From an archaeon (lineage in GTDB: Archaea; Nanobdellota; Nanobdellia; Pacearchaeales; GW2011-AR1), in NCBI GenBank assembly GCA_043821945.1, contig JBDRCH010000005.1, positions 14,799 through 78,798 on the forward strand: a stretch of DNA of 64,000 nucleotides, given 5' to 3'. Shown here one piece after another: positions 1-8,582 of the stretch. Numbering within the stretch: the first letter of the stretch is position 1; each line of letters begins with the position of its first letter. The notes under the pieces were generated by a model that worked only from the letters and a program-made list of their open reading frames with translations, ran no database searches and was not told the origin of the DNA. Position numbers and translations under genes: made by a program.

Positions 1-13
1 TCGAGGAGGAGTC

Positions 14-841
14 ATGGAAATGCTTTCTTTAATTCAACTTACATCTTATCCAATAATTATAACTGCAAATGATATTTGGAGTAAAAAATTAAGTTCTCTA
101 AGAAAAAAATCAGAAATGATCCAATTAAAAGAGATAAATTACAAGATAATCAAAGATGTATTAATCAAAATTCTAAGAAAAGAAAATCATTTTGTAGACA
201 ATGATACAATAACAAAAATAGCAATCAAATCACGAGGAGATTTGAGAGCAGCAATAAATGATTTACAATCAATATCCAAATTAGACAAAAGTGATTCATT
301 AGATTTAGATGAAAGAAATAAAGAAGTAGATATATTCAATGCATTAAGATTGATCTTTAAAGGAAAACCAACAAACGAAACATTAAAAATTTTTGATTCT
401 GTAAATATGAATATAGATGAGATAATTCTCTGGGTTGAAGAAAACATCCCTGCAGAATATCAAGGTGAAGAATTATTAAAAGCATATGAATTATTGGGAA
501 AAGTAGATGTTTTCAAGGGAAGAATCCATAGACAGCAATATTGGAGATTTTTAGTTTATGAAAATATCTTTCTAAGTTATGGGATTGCTTCTTCAAAAAA
601 AAATCTTAAAACAAAATTCACCAGTTACAAAAAACCAACAAGAATTCTTAAAATCTGGTTAAACAACCAAAGGACAATCAAAAAGAAATCAATTGCAATA
701 AAATATGCAAAATATGTCCATATTAGCATAAAACGCGCGATGAATGAATTTCCAATGATACAACAAATTATAAAATCGAATCCAAAAATTCAACAAGAAT
801 TAAAACTTAGCGAAGAAGAAGTTGAGTATTTAAGAAGATAA
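14..841 (+). CDS. rfcL: Replication factor C large subunit, C-terminal part (5'-truncated by window edge)
   Basis: Clamp-loader motifs PIIITANDIW, GDLRAAINDLQ, WVEENIP..Y and GRI..QQYWRF. Confidence 0.9.
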   Translation: MEMLSLIQLTSYPIIITANDIWSKKLSSLRKKSEMIQLKEINYKIIKDVLIKILRKENHFVDNDTITKIAIKSRGDLRAAINDLQSISKLDKSDSLDLDERNKEVDIFNALRLIFKGKPTNETLKIFDSVNMNIDEIILWVEENIPAEYQGEELLKAYELLGKVDVFKGRIHRQQYWRFLVYENIFLSYGIASSKKNLKTKFTSYKKPTRILKIWLNNQRTIKKKSIAIKYAKYVHISIKRAMNEFPMIQQIIKSNPKIQQELKLSEEEVEYLRR

Positions 842-997
842 TTCGCAAGAATCAATCGCAACAGGAGTGCGAAAAGAACAAAGAAATTTATATTCCCCTA
901 TTTCCTCATAATATTTTTTTACAATAATTCTATCATTCCTACTTTGAACAAATTTAAATTCTTCTTCCACAATTTCCTCAATCCTAATTAATTCCAT
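830..997 (-). CDS. Small orphan ORF (55 aa, MELIRIEEIVEEEF...)
   Basis: Read by hand; its ATG directly follows the stop of the upstream DsbA-like gene (TAAATG); below the ORF-track cutoff. Confidence 0.4.
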   Translation of the reverse strand: MELIRIEEIVEEEFKFVQSRNDRIIVKKYYEEIGEYKFLCSFRTPVAIDSCELSS

Positions 998-2020
998 TTA
1001 ACACTGAGCACTGGTTGAACTTCCTGTTCCTTCCCATCCAAATCCTGGTGAAGGACTTGTTGAGGATAATTCAACAGTTTCACAAATTTCAGAAGCAGTA
1101 TTAAATGCAGAACAGATTGCAGTCAAAAATGAAGCTGAATCTCTTCCTGAATTTACCTGAGCACCATTAATTACAAGTGTTGGACTTCCTCTAACACCAT
1201 AGCTTTCACTTAAAGCAGAATCTTCTTTATAATATCTTTCTGCATTCCCATTATCAATACATTCTTGCATTTTTGCTTCATCAACTTTAGTTTCTTTAAT
1301 GCATCTATCTGAATTCCCATCTTCTAAGAAACATTCTAAATAAACATACCATTTATCACTCTGCTCCTCACGAATACAAACCTGACGAGGCGTTTCTGTT
1401 TCTTCTGGTTCATGCATAAAATAATGTACAAATCTAATCTTAGCATCAACACTATTTTCAAGAGCATTTATAGTAGGAATAAAGCCTTTTTCTGCTTGAG
1501 TCCCATAAGGACAATGAGTCATTACAAATAACTCTACAACAGGTTTATCAGACTTAGCAACCTCAATAGAAATCTCTTCTGCCTGACTCTCAACATCTTT
1601 ATTTATCTCATTCAAATCAAGCAAACTTGAAGTAAAATAAGTTCCATCTTTAGACAAATACAAAGGAATTTCTTCTCCTTGAAATTCAATAGTCACTTCA
1701 TAAAAATAATCATTAAATGATTCTACTCCAACTAAATCTCCCTGTCCCCCTGTTTGAGACTTTACAAAATCAAGAATTTTATCTCCTGCTTCAGAATCTG
1801 AAACAACATTTCCAGTGATAACATTTCCAGTTGTTCCAAAATTACCCACTAACAAAATTAAAACTATCACACCTAAAACAAGTGTTGAAAGAATCCAAGG
1901 ATTTTTTCTAATTTCAGCAGTAAAATTTCTTTTTGATTTATTATTAGAATTAAATTCTTCTAGGCTAACAGGGGCTTCTTCATCTGTTTGTTTGGGAATA
2001 TCTCTATTTTCTGAATCCAT
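998..2020 (-). CDS. Membrane-anchored thioredoxin/DsbA-fold protein
   Basis: N-terminal TM helix, VELFVMTHCPYG (single Cys, CPYG) and GVRGSPTLVING cis-Pro loop; start moved to the ATG at 2020. Confidence 0.7.
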   Translation of the reverse strand: MDSENRDIPKQTDEEAPVSLEEFNSNNKSKRNFTAEIRKNPWILSTLVLGVIVLILLVGNFGTTGNVITGNVVSDSEAGDKILDFVKSQTGGQGDLVGVESFNDYFYEVTIEFQGEEIPLYLSKDGTYFTSSLLDLNEINKDVESQAEEISIEVAKSDKPVVELFVMTHCPYGTQAEKGFIPTINALENSVDAKIRFVHYFMHEPEETETPRQVCIREEQSDKWYVYLECFLEDGNSDRCIKETKVDEAKMQECIDNGNAERYYKEDSALSESYGVRGSPTLVINGAQVNSGRDSASFLTAICSAFNTASEICETVELSSTSPSPGFGWEGTGSSTSAQC

Positions 2021-2086
2021 TATTGAACTCAAGAAAAACTCATTTAAAAACATTTTGGTGAAATTCAAAGAATCTTTCAACACATT

Positions 2087-3721
2087 CTAAGAATAACAAG
2101 TATAGGTTATTGGATCAACTGATAAACGACGCACAGCAATAGAGTTATAAAAACAACCACCTTCAGAAGAACAGATAAATAATGAATTGCCTATTAAACT
2201 TTCTGCATCTATTTCATAATCCCACAAAGGCATACTCAAACTAATAGTATCATCCTCTTTTGAATTCACAATCTCACTACTAGAAAAAATAGCATTATAT
2301 GCATCAACACCTCCAGAATAAATAGTTACTGAGGGAGAATGAATTTTACTAATTAATTTTAAATCTATTTGACCAGAATAATCATCCAAAAACTTTAAAT
2401 TAAATTTTAAATTAGTCCCTTCACATTCAAGAGACTCTATAAAAAATTCAATAGGAACTTTAACACTTTCTTCAGTTACAACTGATGAACTATATTTCCA
2501 TAATTCACAGGTTTTTGCAGGTGACCTAGTATATAATGGTACCCCCTTATTATAATAATCATATTCACCCCTTATGTAATTTCCAGAAACAACATCTAAA
2601 CATATTTTATATTCTAAAATAAATCCTTCTTCTACTCGAGGAAACCCATATCCACTTAAAACAACAGTACCAAGATCACTTTCTAATTGAGACATCTTAT
2701 TTTCATCAATTGTGAAAAAGAATTCATAACAGGGCTTTCCCCCATAAGAGTTTTTTCCAAGATATTCAAATGATGAAACTTCCTCAAAATGATCTCTAAA
2801 AAAATAAAGGATATCTTTCTTCATTAAACTATCAAGTTTATCAAAATTAAGTCTTTGTTTTGTGCAGATCGTCATATCACCATTTGCTGAACAATCTAAA
2901 ATTTGATTTTCTATAAAATAAAATTCTTCAGGAGGAGCAATGCCTCCATAAGCCCCAACTACTTTTTTTACTTTTCTATCAAGTGAATAAACATAACCAT
3001 AAGGATCATATGCATAATAACCATCAGGAATCTGTTCACTTTTTTCAGCAAGTAATTTAAAAGTTTCTTCAGCAGTAGTAAATTTAATTTCTCCAGGAAT
3101 AACTTGATCAGGGATATTATCTGCAGAAACAAAATTTCTTCTACAATTTATTTTTTCAGAAGCTTCTCCAGTATGGGAATTAAATTCCATTGTAGTATCA
3201 CCCTCTTCAAACTCATCTTTTTCAAGTTTTGAATTTAAAACAAACCAGTATATTGATGCTGCTGTATCACCAGCACCTAAATTTTCCATTTGAGTAATCA
3301 CTGCTTCAGTATGATGTTCTAAAAAATCACATTCAATATACCTATTGTCTTGCTGATCACTAACAACACAAGCATTACCTTTTTTTTCTTTAATTGAAAA
3401 TTCTTCTTTTTCATTTCCACCAACAACAATTATTTTTTTATCACCACATTTCTTCAAAGCTTTTGTCATACACTCAATTTTTTCCAACGCATCTTCACTC
3501 ACTTCTGATCCATAACCAATTCCCATCATACTTTTCAGATTATATAATTCTATCTCTCCACAACTATCGCCACTAAAAAGAGAATTGCTCTCACTAGAAT
3601 CTCTAGAAGAAGGATTACTAGTCTCTGAATCTCCAGATCCTTTAAAGATAAAAATTCCACCAATTATAGCTACAACAATAATTCCTACAATAACACCCAT
3701 TCCAATTGCTCCTTTTTTCAT
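2087..3721 (-). CDS. Surface/secreted hypothetical protein with class III (prepilin-like) signal peptide
   Basis: MKKG|AIGMGVIVGIIVVAII N-terminus, Ser-rich linker, paired Cys residues. Confidence 0.6.
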   Translation of the reverse strand: MKKGAIGMGVIVGIIVVAIIGGIFIFKGSGDSETSNPSSRDSSESNSLFSGDSCGEIELYNLKSMMGIGYGSEVSEDALEKIECMTKALKKCGDKKIIVVGGNEKEEFSIKEKKGNACVVSDQQDNRYIECDFLEHHTEAVITQMENLGAGDTAASIYWFVLNSKLEKDEFEEGDTTMEFNSHTGEASEKINCRRNFVSADNIPDQVIPGEIKFTTAEETFKLLAEKSEQIPDGYYAYDPYGYVYSLDRKVKKVVGAYGGIAPPEEFYFIENQILDCSANGDMTICTKQRLNFDKLDSLMKKDILYFFRDHFEEVSSFEYLGKNSYGGKPCYEFFFTIDENKMSQLESDLGTVVLSGYGFPRVEEGFILEYKICLDVVSGNYIRGEYDYYNKGVPLYTRSPAKTCELWKYSSSVVTEESVKVPIEFFIESLECEGTNLKFNLKFLDDYSGQIDLKLISKIHSPSVTIYSGGVDAYNAIFSSSEIVNSKEDDTISLSMPLWDYEIDAESLIGNSLFICSSEGGCFYNSIAVRRLSVDPITYTCYS

Positions 3722-3772
3722 AGATAAAGTTGGTTTTTTTATGTTATAAATTTATTGTTTTAATCTTTTGGC

Positions 3773-4069
3773 AAATAGATTATCTATTTTAGCAGAAAAC
3801 CGCGCTACCCCTTATTATAACTCTTGCTGATGATTAGACATCTGGATTTAAAGATGTTTAATTTTCCTCTGGAGCTTTAGCGAACAGAGTTGAAATTGAA
3901 TTTGGGAAAATGCTGAGATAAGGTATTTTCCTCTAGATCCTTGTTAAATGAGAGTCAAAATCTTTGATTTTGAAGCGTAGCGCTCTCTTTTGAGTAATTT
4001 TTAGTGAAGACAAATACAAAAATTATTAGATCATAGTAACTTATCCACCACTGAAATCTGCACAAGAGT
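3773..4069. ncRNA. Candidate structured non-coding RNA, class unknown
   Basis: No ORF >=60 aa; closing stem ACTCTTG(3820)/CAAGAGT(4063) and several internal hairpins. Confidence 0.4.
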
Positions 4070-4119
4070 CTCAACCAAAGATTTATCAAATATAAAAACC
4101 CCTTTAGATAGTATATAAA

Positions 4120-5430
4120 ATGCCTTATAACATAATAACAGGAAGAAATGAATCAGATAAAAAAGCATTCGGTGATAAAGCTTTGACTTACCTTGGTAAA
4201 GGATATGTTAAAATGGGACAATACACTTCTTTGAGTAATAAAATATTTATGGATGTTGCAAGAAGCCATGTTATCTTAGTTGCAGGTAAAAGGGGGTCTG
4301 GAAAATCTTACACTCTTGGAGTTATAGCAGAAGAACTCGCAAATCTTGCGAAAGAAGTTTCTCAAAATATTGCCTCATTAATTTTTGATACAATGGGAAT
4401 TTACTGGACAATGAAATTTCAAAATGAAAAAGACAAAAAATTATTACAAGATTGGGAACTAAAACCAAAAAAACTTCCAGTAAAAATCTTCGTTCCTTTT
4501 GGTCATTATGAAGATTATCTCAAAAAAGGAATTCCTGTTGATAAAAAATTTGCACTAGATGTTTCGCAATTAGACTCAGAAGATTGGATTATAACTTTTG
4601 GTTTAGGATTAATTGATCCTGTATCAGTTTTAATTCAACGAACAATAATAAAATTAAAACAACAAAAGAAATTTGGAATTGAAGAGATTATATCAAGATT
4701 AAAAAAAGATGATAGTACTTCAAAAGAAACAAGAAATGCTGCAATAGGATTATTTGAAGCAGCAGATACATGGGGAATTTTCTCAAAAAAGTCAACTGAA
4801 TCAACTTCAATAAAAAGTCTTATCTCAGCCGGAACTACTTCTATTCTTGATTTAAGTGTTTATAATTCAGTAGGAGCTTTTAATATAAGGGCATTGATAA
4901 TCAGTTTGGTTTCAAGAAAGATATTTAATGAAAGAATGGATGCGAGAAAACAAGAAGAAACACAGGCAATTTCAAAAAGATTTGATCTTGGGTCAGAACA
5001 AGAAAAAAACCAGATTCCTCTGGTCTGGATATTTATCGACGAAGCTCATGAATTTTTGCCATTGAACGAAACAACAATCGCAACATCTGCATTAGTTCAA
5101 CTTTTGAGAGAAGGCCGGCAGCCAGGAATCTCACTGATTCTCGCAACACAACAACCAGGACAAATTCACAGAGATGTCATGACTCAGTCAGATATTGTAA
5201 TCTCACACAGGGTAACCTCACAACCAGATTTAGAAGCATTAAATTACATAATGCAAAGTTATCTTATTGAAGGAATAAAAAAATACATGGATGATTTGCC
5301 GAATCTAAAAGGTTCTGCAATAATTCTCGATGACAATTCAGAAAGAATTTATCCAATGAGAATTCGGCCAAGATTCACCTGGCACGGAGGGGAAGCTCCG
5401 ACTGCAGTTAAAGAGGAAAGGAAGCTATAA
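4120..5430 (+). CDS. HerA/DUF87-family P-loop ATPase
   Basis: Walker A GKRGSGKS, Walker B IFIDEAH, LREGRQPG and ATQQP motifs. Confidence 0.8.
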   Translation: MPYNIITGRNESDKKAFGDKALTYLGKGYVKMGQYTSLSNKIFMDVARSHVILVAGKRGSGKSYTLGVIAEELANLAKEVSQNIASLIFDTMGIYWTMKFQNEKDKKLLQDWELKPKKLPVKIFVPFGHYEDYLKKGIPVDKKFALDVSQLDSEDWIITFGLGLIDPVSVLIQRTIIKLKQQKKFGIEEIISRLKKDDSTSKETRNAAIGLFEAADTWGIFSKKSTESTSIKSLISAGTTSILDLSVYNSVGAFNIRALIISLVSRKIFNERMDARKQEETQAISKRFDLGSEQEKNQIPLVWIFIDEAHEFLPLNETTIATSALVQLLREGRQPGISLILATQQPGQIHRDVMTQSDIVISHRVTSQPDLEALNYIMQSYLIEGIKKYMDDLPNLKGSAIILDDNSERIYPMRIRPRFTWHGGEAPTAVKEERKL

Positions 5431-5637
5431 ATGGTAGATCCAGCAGACATGAATGAATTGTATAAAGAAAGATTCATAGATAGACCTTCTATGATGAAAA
5501 ATAATCCAAAAGGTCTTCTAAAAAAATTATTAGATAAGATTTACAATACAAAATATTATCTTCGAAGTTATTTATCAAAAATTATCCCAGGAGAAATGAG
5601 ATTCAAACAATATAATACTAAAGATGATTTACTATAA
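5431..5637 (+). CDS. Orphan hypothetical protein
   Basis: 68-aa ORF starting immediately after the HerA stop. Confidence 0.45.
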   Translation: MVDPADMNELYKERFIDRPSMMKNNPKGLLKKLLDKIYNTKYYLRSYLSKIIPGEMRFKQYNTKDDLL

Positions 5638-6408
5638 AATCCTAAAATCAACCCTAATCCTAATTTTATAAGGAGCAATTTCTCCTGCTTTTTTAACTTT
5701 CAAAATTTTAATCTTCTTTTTGTATTTTTTAGCTTCTTCCTTAATCTTCTCTACAACTTTCCCAGTCTCATCAGCTCTACAAAAATCATAATAAAAAATT
5801 CTTGTTCCTTTTTTACTTAACTTAAAAGCTTGTTCTAAAAAAGTATCTTTCAGCTGAGGCCGAGGCATAACAATAATATCAAATTTTTTATCTAACTTAT
5901 TAGAAACTCTCTTAATATCTCCGTTAATCAACTCAACTTTATTCTTAACTTTATTTAATTCTACATTCAGCTCAAAATATTTATTTGCTTCTCTATTTAT
6001 TTCATTAGAATAAACTTTTCTCGCATTAGAATTTTTAGCAATGACAATTGAAAATGGTGCAACACCTGCAAACATGACCAAAACATCCTGCCTTTTTTTA
6101 ATCATTAAAGCTATTTCTTTTCTCTCATTACTTAATCTCGGAGAAAAATAAGTTGTATCAATATTAAATCTAAAAATACAACTATTTTCCTTATACAAAA
6201 CTTCTTTAGTCTTTTCACCAAGAAGATATTTTGTCATAGGTTTCCTCAATCTCCCTTTGACCTTCCCTGTTTTTTCTAAAACTGTCTTTACAGAAGGATT
6301 ATCATTTAAAATCTTATTTGCAAATCTCATTTTTTCAGTTGATTTTAAATTCTTAGGAAAATTAACAACAACAATATTCCCTAAAACATCGAATGCTCTT
6401 TGTTTCAT
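5632..6408 (-). CDS. Trm5/Taw2-family SAM-dependent tRNA methyltransferase
   Basis: YFSPRLSNER, VMFAGVAPF SAM motif, EINREA, FDIIVMPRP. Confidence 0.85.
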   Translation of the reverse strand: MKQRAFDVLGNIVVVNFPKNLKSTEKMRFANKILNDNPSVKTVLEKTGKVKGRLRKPMTKYLLGEKTKEVLYKENSCIFRFNIDTTYFSPRLSNERKEIALMIKKRQDVLVMFAGVAPFSIVIAKNSNARKVYSNEINREANKYFELNVELNKVKNKVELINGDIKRVSNKLDKKFDIIVMPRPQLKDTFLEQAFKLSKKGTRIFYYDFCRADETGKVVEKIKEEAKKYKKKIKILKVKKAGEIAPYKIRIRVDFRIL

Positions 6409-6468
6409 TATAAATAGAACTTAGAACAATATAAAAAACTTTATAAAAACACATTCACTCTTCTTCTA

Positions 6469-7011
6469 ATGAAAAGAAGTGTATTAATTTTCTCAATTAT
6501 CTTATTGTCCCTAAGTTTCGCAAGTGCATACTATGGATCTTATAATAATTTTTCACTTAGTGATTTGTTAGATCAAATAGACTCTCCAACAATGATTCTT
6601 GGAGCAATATTCATAATTGCTTTCATCCTCATAAATTATGCTTTATCAAGAGTATTCAAAGACAAAAATGGAGAACCAGACACAAAAATAGCAGGAGTTT
6701 TAGCATTAGTTCTTTCTCTTTTCCTAACCTGGGGAATTAATAAATCAGGATATGATTTTGAAAACATATTTTATAGCATAGGATTTTCAGAAGATTTTCT
6801 ATATTTATTTCTGATATTAGCATTAATAGGTTTTTTTATCTTTTTAGTAGTTAAATTAAAGAGTTTAGGAAAAACCTTATTATTAGCAGGATTTACTTTA
6901 ATAGCAATATCTTTTTTTGTTTATTCAGGGTTATTAGCTCTTATATTAGGAATATTAAGTATAATTGTCGGATCATTAATCTTAAATAATCAAAACACAA
7001 AACCTAAGTAA
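6469..7011 (+). CDS. Multi-pass membrane protein
   Basis: Signal peptide plus about five hydrophobic segments. Confidence 0.6.
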   Translation: MKRSVLIFSIILLSLSFASAYYGSYNNFSLSDLLDQIDSPTMILGAIFIIAFILINYALSRVFKDKNGEPDTKIAGVLALVLSLFLTWGINKSGYDFENIFYSIGFSEDFLYLFLILALIGFFIFLVVKLKSLGKTLLLAGFTLIAISFFVYSGLLALILGILSIIVGSLILNNQNTKPK

Positions 7012-7013
7012 TT

Positions 7014-8057
7014 CTAACTCAACCACTCACTAAGCCCCTTTTGTTTTCTCTTATCAACAACTTCCCTTAACTTTTCAAGTTGTTTCTCAACTCTGTCTTC
7101 TGAGAAATTATGCCTTTCAATTAAAATTTCTTTGATTTTATCCTCATTAATTTTTGGGAAATTAAAATCCACATCAATAACTTTTGGCTTATGAAACAAT
7201 TCAAAAATTTCTTTCCAATCAAATCTATCTTGTTCTGGTAAACTCAGAATTTGTTCCTCAACACTCTCAAAAATAAAAATAGGTTGCTTGTATTTCTGAA
7301 CAATCTGCAATGCTTTTTTTTGCCCGATTCCAGGAATGCCCTTTGGATTATAATCTGTTCCAACTAAAATTCCTAAACAGATTAACTGATCTAAATTTAT
7401 TTCTAGAGAATTCAAAACTTTTTCTAATTCAATTAATTCGGGTTTAACTTCAACCCAACCTGAAAAAGTTTTTCTCTTTCTTGCCAAAGTTAAATTTTGA
7501 ATTAATCTTGAAGCACCAAAAAGAAGACTATCATAATCTTGGCTAACACTTGCATAAATTCCTTCTTTAACTCGAGAAAGGTAAGCAGCTTCTGCCTCTC
7601 CTTCACTAGGAGCTTGCACAACACAAATTCCCATTGCTTCTAAAAGTTCTTTACTCTCTTCAATCATCTCATCATTCAATCTCAAAAGCTGACTTCCATA
7701 TCTTCTCATTCCCCAAATATCTTCAATTTGTTTTGCGCCTTCATATCTCTCTTCAGCAATATCTCTCATCACTTGCCTTTTTTCATGAGTCTTCAATTTC
7801 AAATCAGGAGCTTCACCATCAAAAACATAAACTAATTTCATACCCTTAGAAAGCAATGAAATATTTCTATAAAAAATTCCAGAAAGATGACTTGTGATTC
7901 TCTTTTGATTATCCATTAAAGGAGTTCCATCAACCTGCCGAATCGTAGACAAAAACTGATACAAAACATTAAACGCATCAACACAAAGAGTCTTGCCTCT
8001 CAAACCCTCAACTTCAAGTTCTCTTCTAGGCATAATATCACGAATATTTAGTCCCAT
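7014..8057 (-). CDS. fen: Flap endonuclease 1
   Basis: DAFNVLYQFL, GEAEAAYL, SQDYDSLLFG, GTDYNPKG; C-terminal PIP box QKGLSEW. Confidence 0.97.
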   Translation of the reverse strand: MGLNIRDIMPRRELEVEGLRGKTLCVDAFNVLYQFLSTIRQVDGTPLMDNQKRITSHLSGIFYRNISLLSKGMKLVYVFDGEAPDLKLKTHEKRQVMRDIAEERYEGAKQIEDIWGMRRYGSQLLRLNDEMIEESKELLEAMGICVVQAPSEGEAEAAYLSRVKEGIYASVSQDYDSLLFGASRLIQNLTLARKRKTFSGWVEVKPELIELEKVLNSLEINLDQLICLGILVGTDYNPKGIPGIGQKKALQIVQKYKQPIFIFESVEEQILSLPEQDRFDWKEIFELFHKPKVIDVDFNFPKINEDKIKEILIERHNFSEDRVEKQLEKLREVVDKRKQKGLSEWLS

Positions 8058-8093
8058 TTTATCAAAATAATCAAGATATAGAAATATAAATAT

Positions 8094-8498
8094 TTAGTGG
8101 TGAGAATTAACTGCTCTTTCATAAGCTTTTTGTAAATAACCGTCAATTGGAAATTTTCCAGATTCAAGTTGAATTGTAATACGTTCTTCCAAAGAATATC
8201 TCTTTTCAGGGTTTTTTTCATTTTTTAATTTAGAAAGGTTTCCCAAAATGATCTTTTCTTTAGAAGTGGGCTTATTAGAAATATTTATAGAACGATTATA
8301 TAGGTTTTCAGCTACCCGATATAACTGCTCTGGAGAGATTTCTTCCAATTTTTTACCATAAATTGAATGATAAAAATTTTTAACCAAACCAAGTTGAGTA
8401 AAATAAGGCATATCTCGAATACAAATATTTCCAAATTCCCTAACAACTTTTCTTGCTTTTTGAATTTCATCATCCCTATATTGTTTCTTTTTTCTCAT
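8094..8498 (-). CDS. Orphan hypothetical protein
   Basis: 134-aa ORF with its own TATA-like box about 25 nt upstream. Confidence 0.55.
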   Translation of the reverse strand: MRKKKQYRDDEIQKARKVVREFGNICIRDMPYFTQLGLVKNFYHSIYGKKLEEISPEQLYRVAENLYNRSINISNKPTSKEKIILGNLSKLKNEKNPEKRYSLEERITIQLESGKFPIDGYLQKAYERAVNSHH

Positions 8499-8582
8499 AT
8501 CATTACTACTACAAAGTGATATTTAAACTTTACGGTTTTTCTTCTCCTTAACTTTTATATATCCTCTACTCCTCTTTTTTTT

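Noticed and set aside
3773..4069. RNase P RNA, SRP RNA or group I intron identity for the ncRNA candidate
   Set aside because: GAGGAAA and CAGAAA-like words occur on opposite strands or in the wrong order; no SRP helix-8 motif; no convincing P7 pairing or host exon
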